DNA of 64,000 bases, from contig NC_058368.1 in NCBI RefSeq assembly GCF_018350175.1, positions 130,512,001 through 130,576,000 of the forward strand, given 5' to 3'. Under the pieces are notes generated by a model. It ran no database searches, was not told the origin of the DNA, and saw nothing but the letters and a program-made list of their open reading frames with translations. The translations under genes were made by a program, and so were the position numbers. This document shows positions 1 to 11,870 of this stretch, one piece after another. The DNA comes from Felis catus (lineage: Eukaryota). Position 1 is the first letter of the stretch. Each line of letters opens with the position of its first letter.

Positions 1-178
1 TTGATTTTGGCTCAGGTCATGATCTCAATGTGAGTTTGAGCCCCATGTTAGGCTCTGCACTGACAATGCAAAGCCTATTTGGGATTCTGTCTCCCTCTCT
101 CTCTCTGCCCTTCCCCCACTCGTATTCATTCTCTCTCTCTCTCTCTCTCTCAAAAAGAAATAAATATAAAAAAGAAAT
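1..178 (+). mobile_element. CanSINE (tRNA-derived carnivore SINE), 5' end cut by window edge
   Basis: GGCTCAGGTCATGATCTC body, (CT)n tract, AATAAA/A-rich tail. Confidence 0.9.
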
Positions 179-202
179 TATTGAGGGCCTACTGATTTTA
201 TT

Positions 203-429
203 ATATCATGTTTTATTTTATTTTTTAAGTTTATTTATTTATTTTGAGAGAGACATAGACAGCCTGAGTAGGGGAGGGACACAGAGGGAGGGAAAGAGAG
301 AATCTTAGGCAGGCCTCGCACTGCCAGCACAGAACCCAACAGGGAGCCCAAACCCACAAACCATGAGATCATGTCCTGAGCCGAAACCAAGAGTAGGACA
401 CTTTACCTAACTGAACCACCCAGCAGCTC
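203..429 (-). mobile_element. CanSINE
   Basis: T-rich tail, GA tract, GAGATCATG..CCTGAGCCGAA, ends CTGAACCACCCAGCAGCTCC; flanked by CTGATTTTATT (192-202, 430-440). Confidence 0.9.
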
Positions 430-439
430 CTGATTTTAT

Positions 440-631
440 TTTTTAAAAAATGTTTATTTATCTACTTTCAGAGAGCAAGCAAATGGGTGAGGGGCAGAGG
501 GAGAGAGAATCTTGAACAGGCTTCACGCTCAGCACAGAACACCATGCAGGGCTTGATCTCACGATCTTGAGATCATGACCTGAGCCAAAATCAAGAATCC
601 CAATCTCAACTGACTGAACCACCCAGGCACC
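440..631 (-). mobile_element. CanSINE, tandem with previous copy
   Basis: GAGATCATGACCTGAGCCAAAATCAAGA...TGAACCACCCAGGCACC; flanked by CTGATTTTA (430-438, 631-639). Confidence 0.9.
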
Positions 632-2379
632 TGATTTTAAAGTGTCATATATGCCACTCAAATAGGTGCCAAAAATTCTTCACTAGAAACCCACTTCCTG
701 ATTTTGAGGAGTTTCTAACCTAATTGATTCTTAGAACTTTATAGCAATGAAATAAGTTAAAATGTTTTAAACTTGTTATTCTGAATAATCATTAAGAGGT
801 TACTTGGTTTCATTTATATATATTTTTTAACCTATAAACGAGTAAGTGACAAAGTTTTCTTTGGCCACAGAGTTAACATGCCATCTTTAATTTTTCTGTC
901 TTTTCATGAAAATGAGGTCCTTCTTGATATTCCAACTATTAAAATAATTCCCCTAATCCCCCAGTTCTAAATCCCATGGGTTTGCACACACTTGTTTTTG
1001 TGATACCGTATTTCCCATTTTATTCAGCCTTCTGTTGATTTAATTACATCTTGTTTTGTTTATCAGGGATATGGTATATCATCAGTAGATGAACTTGCCT
1101 TGTATACTTATCTAGTAATTTATATAGGATAAAATATGGTTCAATAGTCTCTGCCAGTCCTAAACACAGGGGTTTAGACTTCCAAGATTGTCTGATCCAA
1201 AGTATTTTTTTTTATCATCATGGAGGACCCTCTAAAACTCTGGTAATCCCTTCCCCTTCTTTCTGGCTAATGATTTTGAAAGACCAGAGTCTGAGTTTTG
1301 AATTATGAAGTAAAATATTACTCATCGAGGGGACATAGTCTTCCATAATTATAATTGATAACCATGTCATTTTTTTTTTTTTTTTTTAGAAAAACCTCTT
1401 CCTGATTCCATGAGAAAATAAAGGATTAAGGAAAAGTCAGTCTTTGACAACTGGGACCCACATGCAGATAGTTTACTAGTAGCTTAAGAGTGTTGCTCCC
1501 TTGTTGAATGGAAGAATTCTTTCTCCTTCAGCTCAGCAGTAAAATCTGTAGAGGATTTGTTGCTCGTTATTTGTCACTTTTAGTAACACATAAAGCTGTG
1601 GTTGTTTTATGAAAAAAAAAGGCCTGTAGATTCAGGAATTCTGATTTGTATCTTAAAATTTTGATTCTTAAAACTAAGCCATCCTACTATATTCATTTAA
1701 TACACATGAGATTCCTGTATGCAGGGGTAGGAATGCTTGAAATATAACAACACAAAGTATTGAATGCATGAAAATTTGTAGATCGATTCATATATGGAGA
1801 AGAATTTGTGTTTTATTTTCCCAAACCAGAAATGTGTGGTATTGTGGAAATGCAATATTCACTAAGTTACTTAACCAACCATATCCTCTGTTTAACTGAA
1901 AATAGAAAATAATTCTAATATGTATTTGATGGGATTTTATGAGGAGTAAATAAAGTAAATCAAAGGAAGTTATTAACCACAGTACCAAGTACATAATAAT
2001 CATTCATGATGGCCAGTTACTAGTACCATAATTTTTCTTACTATTATTATAATACTAGCATGCAGGTAAGTGAGTAGTACCAGAGTCAGGTTTTATTTCT
2101 GTTATGCTAACAAATCTTTCTGGAGAGAGAATTCTAGTCATTTATACCTATCTGTATAGTCTTTTGTACTGTCCAGATTTTTGAAACTTGATTGATATGG
2201 CATTCGTAATCCCAATGAACTGTATATTTGCTACTTATTTCCTGGAAGATTAACTTGCATGTTCTTCCCATCATATTGATTGTATATTTGTGGTGCATAT
2301 TGCAGATGCTATAAAACTATGTGAGAAGTTGGGCCTAAACATAGGAGATTTTAAACACTGGAAGACTGTTGCATTAATA

Positions 2380-2900
2380 GGAGCAACCATAATACCAAGC
2401 AGAGCATGATCCAAGTAAGAGTGGTGCACAGTGCTCTGGATGTTCTGGGAGCCATCGCATCAGTTGGAGAAATCATAAAACATTTTAGAAGTAAGGGGAT
2501 GTGAGTGGGTCCTTTAAGAACAGTTTAGGTTTCATTAAGAGGAGGCAGACGGGATGGACATTTTAGGGGGATCAAAGAGCATGGGCAAGCACCTGAAATG
2601 TTAAGGAAGGTTACTGGTCCAGTTTAGGCGTGGAGGGAGGAAATGGGAGGATGAGAAGAAAAAGGTAAGTCAGAGAGTACAGTTGGGAATGGTTCTGCTA
2701 AGAAATTTGAATTTTTTCCAGTAGGGAATCGGGAGTTACTGAAAAAGGAAAGAATATTCATGATCTGAATGGTGAGATTGAGAGATCAAGGAGCTTACCA
2801 AGGAAGTAAGTGAAGTCATCTATGTAGGTTGCATGCAGTGCTAAGAAAAGGTACTGGCAGGAAGGATATAAAGTACATGAGGCAGAAAGGGTGCAGTTAC
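2380..2900 (-). mobile_element. Degenerate LINE-2 fragment
   Basis: Purine-rich sequence resembling the antisense L2 3' region; highly diverged. Confidence 0.45.
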
Positions 2901-3009
2901 TCGTTACAGAAGAAAGCAAAGAAGGAGGGCTGAAGGATTGGATCCTTCCTGCAAGATTGGTAGAAAAGCAAAGATATTATCAGAACTCGGGACATCTCAA
3001 AACATACCA

Positions 3010-3382
3010 CCTAAGGACATTTACACATAATCTTCCCTTTGCCTGACATGTTCTTCTTCTAACTATTCAAATGGCTCGTGGTATTATCTACTCTGAATTT
3101 TTCTAAAAAAGGTGGCTTTTCACCTTCTCCCATTTGCTCCATTTACAATGGTGGCCCACACTGTTCTATCACCTGCCCTGCATTCTTGATGTCCCTTAAT
3201 CTGCTCTTTTTCTTTTTCCCGTAAAATTCATCACCGTCTAAAATGCTAAATAACGTTTTTTTTTTTTATTGTGTGTAGTGTTTACTTCTCTTTTCCTCCT
3301 CCACTTTTCTATTAATAGATGAATTGCAGACAACTAGAAAAAGACACAGTAAACATGCTCAATAAACACTTATTGAGTGAAC
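3010..3382 (+). mobile_element. LINE-2 3' end
   Basis: Ends ..ATGCTCAATAAACACTTATTGAGTGAA, typical L2 terminus. Confidence 0.6.
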
Positions 3383-4293
3383 AAAGTATTGTATTAGGGT
3401 TTCTTGGGAGTCTTACTTTAAACAAAAAAGAGCCATTTTTAGTTTAAAACTGTACTTGAACATATGTTTGTAGGTGTTTTGAAGATTCTTAAATACCACT
3501 TTTTCATTAAGGCATCTTAAATGTTTTTCCTTACAATTTTGCTTATGCTGTTTCAAAAATGAAGGTAACATTTGCTTAGGAAATGTAAAATATGACTTAT
3601 TTCTGTTTAAATGTTTATATTTTTAATTAGCAAGGTACAAATTAGTGGCATAATAAGAATAACATTGTGAACAACGAAGAGAATTCCCCTTTGAGATATT
3701 ATTCCAAATAATCTTTCATTCCAAAGAGTGAAGTACATGAAAAATGAACTTTGCTGTAACTCAGCTTTTAATTTAGGTCTGAAAGTTACTATCTTTAACA
3801 ATGTCCTCGTTAGACTCTAGATGCCAATTCCTGCAAAGCCTCCTTAGCATAACCTTTTGGGAAAATGCAGATCAGAATCTACTGGTGTGACCACAGAAGT
3901 GATAGACATTCAGGGGAAATTCAGAGAAAACGACATTATTGGAAAGAGAGCTTTTCCTTGATAATTCTACCAATCAGTTACCACTAAATTTGTAATAAGT
4001 TCATATGAAAGAACAAAGATATTTCCAGCTTACATGAATTCCAGTGACAGTTGCTTTATAGGGAAATCATGCAGTCTTCACTTAAAGACCTATTTTATCT
4101 AGGAAATTATTCTCATAACATTATGAAATTTAGAGCTTCATTGTAATCTCAAGGAGAGTGAACAATTTATGAATAAAAAGAAATGAAACCATATGTATAT
4201 TTTTAATAGGATATACCATTTTTGAAATTAAAACTTGATGTGATACAAGAAGCAGAATGGTGGTCCAGGCTTTTCCTAGAGGACTTTAATTTT

Positions 4294-4528
4294 TTTTTTT
4301 TTAATTTTTAATGTTTGTTTATTTTTGAGAGAGAGACAGAGAGAGAGAAAGAGAGCGCGAGCGAGTGGGGGAGGGGCAGAGAGAAGAGGAAGACACAGAA
4401 TCCAAAGCAGGCTCCAGACTCTGAGCTGTCTCCACAGAGCCCGATGCAGGGCTCAAACTCATGAACTGTGAGATCATGACCTGAGCTGAAGTCAGACACT
4501 TAACCGACTGAGCCACCCAGGCACCCCC
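4294..4528 (-). mobile_element. CanSINE (Feliformia/SINEC_Fc type)
   Basis: Full body ending GAGCCACCCAGGCACCCC; TSD AGGACTTTAATTTT at 4280-4293 and 4530-4543. Confidence 0.95.
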
Positions 4529-4699
4529 AAGGACTTTAATTTTAAAGCAAGTAAAAATGAAGCAGACTGATGTCTAAACTAAGTATCTTTATTTTTCCTG
4601 CCTGTTTCTCTTTTTTCCGTTATTATTTCGGAAAATAATGACTCTCTGAGATGACGATAAAATGAAACTAGTAATAAATTAAAAATATGGAGAAGACTC

Positions 4700-5112
4700 T
4701 TAATGGATTGTTGGATAACCCAAACATGGTACTCAAACTCTACAATGAAACATTATTTAGCCAATTATATAATGGAATATTATCATTATGTACAACATTA
4801 TGAAAAGAGAGTATTGGTTAATGTTGCATGAGGATGAAATTTATAAACATTCTGCTAAGAGAAGTCAGACACACAAGATCACATATTGGATTATTTCATT
4901 TATATGTAATGCTCCAAATAGGCAAATCTATAGAGACAAAAAAGAGATTAATTTGTCAGGAGCAAAAATGAGAGAAGAATGAGGAGTGACTGCTGATGGG
5001 CACAGGGTTTTTGTTGGTGGGGGGAGGCTAGAAATGTTCTGAGTTAGGTTGTGGTGATAGTTGTACAACTTTATGACTATACTGGAAGCCACTGAACTGT
5101 ACATCTAAAAAA
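4700..5112 (+). mobile_element. Old L1 (L1MB-like) 3' end
   Basis: ..CCAAATAGGCAAATCTATAGAGACA..GAGTGACTGCTGATGGG..GTGGTGATAGTTGTACAAC..CCACTGAACTGTACA, resembles L1MB 3' UTR. Confidence 0.75.
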
Positions 5113-5382
5113 CCCATGTATTCTTCAGATATTGGGTCACTTGTTAGGTCAACTCAGTAAATCCGATGGTAGTGTTATGACAAGTCTTCTATAACACTAT
5201 TTGTTTCTTTTATGTTCCCCTTAGATTCTTTTTATCTGTGTATTTACTAAAATCTTAAATCTTGTTGATATAGCTATCTCTTTTTTGATTCTCCTGGTTT
5301 TGCTTTACACACTTCGATACTCTGCTTTTAGGTGTATACACACTTAGGATTGTTAAGTCTTCTTGACAAATTAACCCTCTTT

Positions 5383-5596
5383 TTTTTTTTTTTCAACGTT
5401 TATTTATTTTTGGGACAGAGAGAGACAGAGCATGAACGGGGGAGGGGCAGAGAGAGAGGGAGACACAGAATCGGAAACAGGCTCCAGGCTCTGAGCCATC
5501 AGCCCAGAGCCTGACGTGGGGCTCGAACTCACGGACCGCGAGATCGTGACCTGGCTGAAGTCGGACGCTTAACCGACTGCGCCACCCAGGTGCCCC
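5383..5596 (-). mobile_element. Young felid CanSINE (SINEC_Fc-like)
   Basis: CpG-rich body (GGACCGCGAGATCGTGACCTGGCTGAAGTCGGACGC), pure poly(T), perfect TSD CAAATTAACCCTCTTT at 5367-5382 and 5597-5612. Confidence 0.97.
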
Positions 5597-6260
5597 CAAA
5601 TTAACCCTCTTTATCTCAGAAATAAAACCGTACCATGCCACATCTTAAATTGTCAAAAATTAGTGACAAAGAAAACAGGAAAATATTAAAAGCAGCTAGT
5701 ACTGATAGATAATTTGACAGTGTTCACAGACTTATTATCAGATTATGCAGTACCTCTCTATCTCCGGCAATATTCCTTATCCTTCTCTACTTTGTCAGAT
5801 ACCAGTGCAGCCACTCCTGCTTTTCTTTTCTTTTTACATGTTCAATCATTTTCCACTTGTGCTTTTATATTTAAAATGTACCTCTTGTATATAGCTAGGT
5901 CTTGTTTTTCAAACCAATCTGTCAAATTTGCCTTTTATTTGGTGTGTTTAGACCATTTACATTTTATATAGTTAACTTGTATGATATATTTGGATTTATT
6001 TTTATTCTCTCACTATTTTCTATTTCATTCCCTGTTTGTTATTGTTTTTCTTTTCTCTTTGGCTTTTTAATTAATTGAAATTTTTTAAGGATTCCATTTT
6101 ATCTCTGCAATCAGGCTTATTACTTTTTACAGCTTTTACTTTATTATATGTTGCTGTAGTGAGGTGATACTTTTATTTTTTGAAGTTTAAAACGAGAAAA
6201 AACCTTGATATTTACCACTGTATTTGCCATTTCTGATGCTCCTCATTCCTTTGCAGAGAT

Positions 6261-6468
6261 TAGGGATTGACACTGTATGGCCTGCCACATGTTTATGTAA
6301 ATAAAATTTTATTGTAATGTAGCCACACTCATTCATTTACATATTTTGTATGGCTGCTTTCATGCTAAAATGGCAGAGTTGAATACTTAGAACAGAATCC
6401 AAGTGGCATGCAAAGCTTAAAATACTTTCTATTGACTCTTTAAGGAAAATGTTTACCTATGCCCATTG
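6261..6468 (+). mobile_element. MER58A-like hAT-Charlie non-autonomous DNA transposon
   Basis: GTAAATAAAATTTTATTG..AGCCACACTCATTCATTTACATATT..TATGGCTGCTTTCATGCTA..GGCAGAGTTGA matches recalled MER58 core. Confidence 0.8.
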
Positions 6469-8717
6469 TAGGTTCATGCTTTCAGCAGATGGAATTTTCT
6501 TTCTACCTGAAGAATTTCCCTTAATGTATTGAGTAGTACAGTCCTACTGACAGTAATTTCTCAGGCTAAACCTCTAATATTGCAGGCCCAGGGCACTTTT
6601 CTGTCCTTGCTTCATGGGTAGAGAATATTTTCTCCTTTCTCTTTCCCCGGCTTCAGTGAATCTTCCATCTGTGATCTGGAGATGGAAGGCTTTGATGGCC
6701 TTCCCTTTGAGTCCTACACCTCTAGTTCCACAGGGGCGAAGGATCTGAGCAGGGCTGCCTGACTTAGCTGCTTTCATTGGTACCTTGTCCCAATCTTTCT
6801 CATGATCTCCACATGTAAGGCTGCAAAGAAGAATCTCTGAGGGGGTGCTGACTCCTCCATTTCTGTGGTTGCCAGGAGTTCTGCACATCCATGTAGGCCA
6901 AACTTGGCCTTTCGTACCCACATTCCAGCCTACCCACTTGTATGGTGATGCACATTACCCTTGTGTTCTCCAGATGAATAGGTGCTTTTGTCTCACTTCT
7001 TAGGGACGCTGGTCTTTCCTTATATTTTTAGCTAGTTGTTTCCTGTGCACCTTTAGCCCTCTTATGGGTTCAAGAAACAGTATGTTTTTATAGATTTTTT
7101 TGGCTTTATCTTGTTGAGTCTGAAGCATTTCTCTTTCCAGATGTCTACAGCCTAAGTAAATGCTAGAAGTCCCCTTATTTGTTCAAATATATTTTTCTAT
7201 TCTCCTTTCTTTTCCCTTTGTTTTTTGGACTCTAATGACATGCATGTTAGAGAATTCAGTATTGTTTCTTAAGTTATTTATTTTTCAAATTTTTTTTCTG
7301 TCTGTGCTTCATTTTAGATGGTATCTTTTGCTTTATCTTTTAATTTTCCTGATCATCCATTCTACAACGTCTAATCTATCAATCCAGTTCATTAAACACT
7401 ATTTTGGGTTTTGGTATTTTCTTGATTTCCTTTTCATTTATTTGTATTTTCCATTTATGTTTTTGCATAGTTATAATATTTCCTTAAAATTTATCAGATT
7501 GAGACATAATTTACATATAACTAATCTTTTCTCAATCAGTTTCAAAAATATACATAGTCCTATAACTACCACAACAATCAGGAAAAATTCATTCCTCTGT
7601 CTCTCTCTCATCTCTAGACCTTGGCAACCTCTGATCTGTTTTCTGTTCCTATAGTTTTGCATGTTCTCACATTTAATATACACAGGATAATGCAGTATGT
7701 AGTATTATGCGTGTCTGACTTCTTTCACTTAGCAAATGACTTACAGATTCTTTCATGTCATTAAATGTGATTAGTGGTTCTTTTCTTACAATAGCCATTT
7801 TAACACACTTTTCTGCTAATTTAATCATCTTTGTGATTCCTGGATCTCATTTTATTGAGTGACTATTTTTTTTCTTCTGGGAAATACATCATGTGTTTTT
7901 CCTTTTTGCCTGTCTGGTAATTTTTGGTTAATCCAAGACATTTTGGAATTTGTGATTGATTGCTGGAATGCATTGTCTTCACGTGGAGACTGTTGGCTTT
8001 TTCCTGGAGGGAAATTACAATTCTGGCATGGCAATTTCATTCCCTCAAGGCCTGTTTTGAAGCCTTTTTAAGGTCATGTATATTGCAGGCCTTACACTAG
8101 GGCTAACTTGCTCCTTAGATGAATGTGTTGGCAAGTGGGATCACTCTTTAAAGCTCCATGTATTCAACAGTGTCTTTTCATTAGGCCTGTGGGATCTTGG
8201 ATGATTTACATCCTTTAGTAAGCTTTTGAAATTTTTGGACTTAAAATTCCCCTTAAATTTTTATTTTCCTAGAAATTGCTCTTCACCTGTTCTTTGATTC
8301 TGTAATGTATAGCTTAGTATTTGGCCAAAGACTCAAGGGTTCCACGACTTACAGACATTTTTCCTTCTGTAGCTCCTTCCTTTTGATACTCTTCTCCTTA
8401 AGTTCCTACTACCTTGCTAACTCTGTCTTATCTTCTGAGAAACTACCAGTCTTGTTTGTATTCTAATCCATGAGCCATGGTCTAAAAATTGTTTATAGAC
8501 AGAAATACTGGGTGATGATGGAGCTGACTTCATCTTTACCCATTCTTTCAGGGATTTCATTGCAACAATACTATACATTGTTCAATGTCTGAGAAGAATT
8601 AATATATATTTCCCCAGTTTTTAATAATTTATAGTGGGAGACATCCCTTTTGACCTAAAACAGAAGTCTCTTTATGATGTTTTGATGAGCAGAATTCCTT
8701 AATTTTTGGGGGTGGGG

Positions 8718-8929
8718 GGGGTAAATATTTATCTATCTATCTATTTATGTATTTATGTATTTATTTTGAGGGGGTGGGGCAGAGAGAGAGGGAGAAAGAG
8801 AATCCTAAGTAGGCTCCATCTTGTCAGTGCAGAGCTCGACGTGAGGCTTGATCTCATGAATCGTGACATCATGACCTGAGCCAAAATCAAGAATTGGACA
8901 CCTAACTTACTGAACCACCCAGGCACCCC
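8718..8929 (-). mobile_element. CanSINE
   Basis: ATCATGACCTGAGCCAAAATCAAGA..CTGAACCACCCAGGCACCCC; degenerate AATTCYTTAWTTTTT flanks. Confidence 0.9.
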
Positions 8930-10519
8930 AAATTCTTTATTTTTTTAATATGGTTGATCTTTCTCTTTTTCTTTATGGTTTTATACTTCTTATGTCATAT
9001 ACAAATATGGTTTTATATTTTCTTTTAAAGGCTTTAAAGTTTTATCTGTCACATTTAAGTGCTTATACTTTGGTATTGATTTCTTTGTGATATGTTAATG
9101 TCCCCACCCCCCACCCCGTGCATGACCAATTGCCCTAGCTCCATTTCTTAAATACCTAATTCTTTACTTGCTATTCTGCAGTGCCTTTTAAGCCACATAC
9201 CAGATCTATCTACGGTTGGTTCTGTGTCTCAGCTTTTTTTCTTATGTATGTAATCATTTCAGTTCCTATAGCCTTTACATATCTGAAGCCATTTTTTTAT
9301 GGCTTATTTGTATTCTTTCTCATGCTGGCATGTTTTGTCATTCTCTCTGTGTACATTTTTACTATCAGATAATGATTTCAGCAATGTTGTCCATGGTAAT
9401 CCTTTGAGTTTTATATCTAAATTAGTTGGTTCTGACATGACTTATATATATATTTCTCCCCACTTCCCAGGAGCACTGACATCCCAAGACACTTAAAATT
9501 TGCAACTTAGGTTTGAATTATAACTCAAATTAGTATGAATATAGTTCAAGAGGAGTCCTTCTCTGGTGATAACTTTTTTTTCCTGCTCTCCATTTACAGA
9601 CAAAGCTGAGATAGGATTTAAAGACTTTTTTCCTAGTATGTCACCTTTCTGCGGCCTTATCTTCACGTGGGTATCTCCAATCTAGCATCTCACCCTTCTC
9701 AGACCCCGGTTTTGTTTTTTTTTTCCTGTTGATGGATGTGATGAATATTTTAAAACCCAAGTATCTAGAGATCCATATATACCTCCAGGGAAACTGCAGG
9801 ATCAAATCTTGTATTACTTCTGTGAAATTACAGATTTCAATCATTTGTGCCCCCAGCTTTTATTCCCTTACTTAATTAAATCTACTTATTATGTTTTATA
9901 TATCTTTTATTTTCTATGGCTTATTATAGTTTTTGTTCTTTATCAAGTCTACCATATTACCAAAAATGTGCATTTTAATGCTATCACATTGATTCTCCTA
10001 AATTTCAAACAGAAACCAGTAGGCATATTCTTGAGCAGACAGTATCATGTAATGTGTGCTCTAATCGAGGAGTATCTAAAAACAGTGGTCTTTTAATCAC
10101 TCTTGGCAAGTAAATCCAGCACGTTACATACAATAAAGGCAATGGGTATTTAGGCACAGTGTATTATCATTACATTTGTGATGTTTTAAAGTAATCTAGA
10201 TTCAGGATGCTAATTTAGATAAATGACATTAACAAAAAAAAATGACCTAAAATATACCCAGTTATATATTTAGCAGAAATTAAGTATGTATTTGGAATAA
10301 AAGAAAAGAGAAATTTATACCAAATCCTAAAAATAAGTAATGGCTATAAATACTTAACCCATCCTGTTTTTTAATTTTATGTGAAGACTTGACATGAAAT
10401 CCTCACCCTCCCTGTTATCTGGTACATTGTGACTATATCCGTTCTTAGAATGGAGTGTGAATGCATAGCCAATACGTTATACAGAATACAAAGTGGAGCA
10501 AACTGTCTTCTATGATGAA

Positions 10520-11100
10520 GAAAGTATTTTGAAATTTCACCATGGTAATCATCAATACAAAATGATAAAAATATAATGATACTTAGCTGAAAAACAACCT
10601 ATCGCAACTAAATCAGACTTTCCTTAGCTTTCACCAAACTATATTCAAAGCCAAATGATAATAAATCAATACCAATAAAATTCTGAGAGAAATTGTGTGT
10701 GCTCACCTAGATTCACTTGTGATACTAATACAGTAGACATACATTTCTAACTAGGAAAGAACTCAAGAAATAAAGCATACAAATATACTCTTAGAGTATT
10801 TGCTGATAAATTAAGGCAAATTGAGAAGTAAATCTAAATAGAATTGAGGAATTGAGGCATCTGTGTTAAAGACCTAGTTGTAAATACATAATTCATTGAA
10901 ATATGGAAAAATATGAAACAACTGTGCATATTATGATTAGAGAATAGTATGTGAAAGTTATTATAAAGGGTATATATAAAACAACTCACCAATACAAAAG
11001 GCTGTGGAAGGGAAGGTGGGAAAAATTGAGAATGTTGTCTTCATTTTTTATTATGGGAAGTCATTTGTAGTTCTTTAAATAAAACTATGGTTTAAAAAAA
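10520..11100 (+). mobile_element. Ancient L1/HAL1-like ORF1 3' portion
   Basis: AAATCAGACTTTCCTTAGCTTTC..AAATTCTGAGAGAAA..GAAAGAACTCAAGAAATA resembles HAL1/L1 ORF1 C-terminal region. Confidence 0.45.
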
Positions 11101-11113
11101 CCTTAATTAGCAT

Positions 11114-11327
11114 ATTTTTAAATGTTTCTTTGTTTATTTTGAGTGAGAGAAAGAGAGAGTGCAAACATGGAGGGACAGAGGGAGAGAGGGAAAGAGAGAA
11201 TTCCCAGCAAGCTCCACACTGTCCATGCAGAGCCCGACCCAGACCTCAGGTTTACAAACCCTGAGATCATGACCTGAGCGAAAAACAAGAGTCAGATGTT
11301 TAACCTACTGAGCCACTCAGGTGCCTC
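11114..11327 (-). mobile_element. CanSINE
   Basis: GAGATCATGACCTGAGCG..AAGAGTCAGATGTTTAACC..GAGCCACTCAGGTGCC. Confidence 0.88.
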
Positions 11328-11597
11328 AAAATTATTTTTTTAATATTAGATATTTTGGGAGACTTTCTTACTAATTTGATTTATTTGAAAGTCAGAGTTT
11401 GTTGGGGTATTTTTTTCTGTTAAATTTTAATAAATCAAATTGAATACTTGCTGTTAAAGACACAACATATGAGGAATTTCAAAGGATCCAGATAGAAAAG
11501 AATAGAAATTTTATTTATATATTTTTTTAAACTACAAAAAAGGAAATGAAGCTTTACTGTATTACAGAGTTTGACATCTGATTTCTTTGGTGAGTCA

Positions 11598-11870
11598 TTG
11601 TGGTCAATTAATTAGTTACATAAATAGTTCCAATCTCCACTCCTTCCTGTTAGCATCCCCATTGTAATGCATGTGTCTTGCAGTTCCTCCCTTTAAAAGG
11701 TAGAGATTATTCTCCCACACTGTATCAGGCTGGCTTGTGCCTTGTTTGGGCAAATAGATAGTGGTGGAGCAAAAGTATTGTTACTCTGAACCACAAAAGG
11801 CCTTACCTCCTTCACTCTCCTTTTTGGACCACCGTGACTGCTATGTGAACAAGCATAGGTTACTGGATTC
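11598..11870 (+). mobile_element. MaLR (MLT1-family) LTR fragment
   Basis: TGTGG start; TTGCAGTTCCTCCC..AGGCTGGCTTGTGCCTTG..CTATGTGAACAAGC. Confidence 0.6.

Larger units (their letters stand above)
5113..8670 (-). mobile_element. Ancient L1 (L1M/HAL1-like) fragments: ORF2 endonuclease, ORF1 and 5' regions, interrupted by younger elements
   Basis: T-rich antisense L1 signatures (e.g. 5760-5970 EN start region, 6480-6570 ORF1 end); fragmented and diverged. Confidence 0.55.

Noticed and set aside
1370..2072. Poly(T)-AG at ~1389 and CAG|GTAAGT donor at ~2066
   Set aside because: No open frame or plausible exon length pairs them; isolated splice-like motifs are common
7160..7654. Longest ORF (164 aa, hydrophobic, membrane-protein-like)
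   Set aside because: F/L/I richness reflects T-rich antisense old L1 sequence and the ORF spans a junction between repeat fragments
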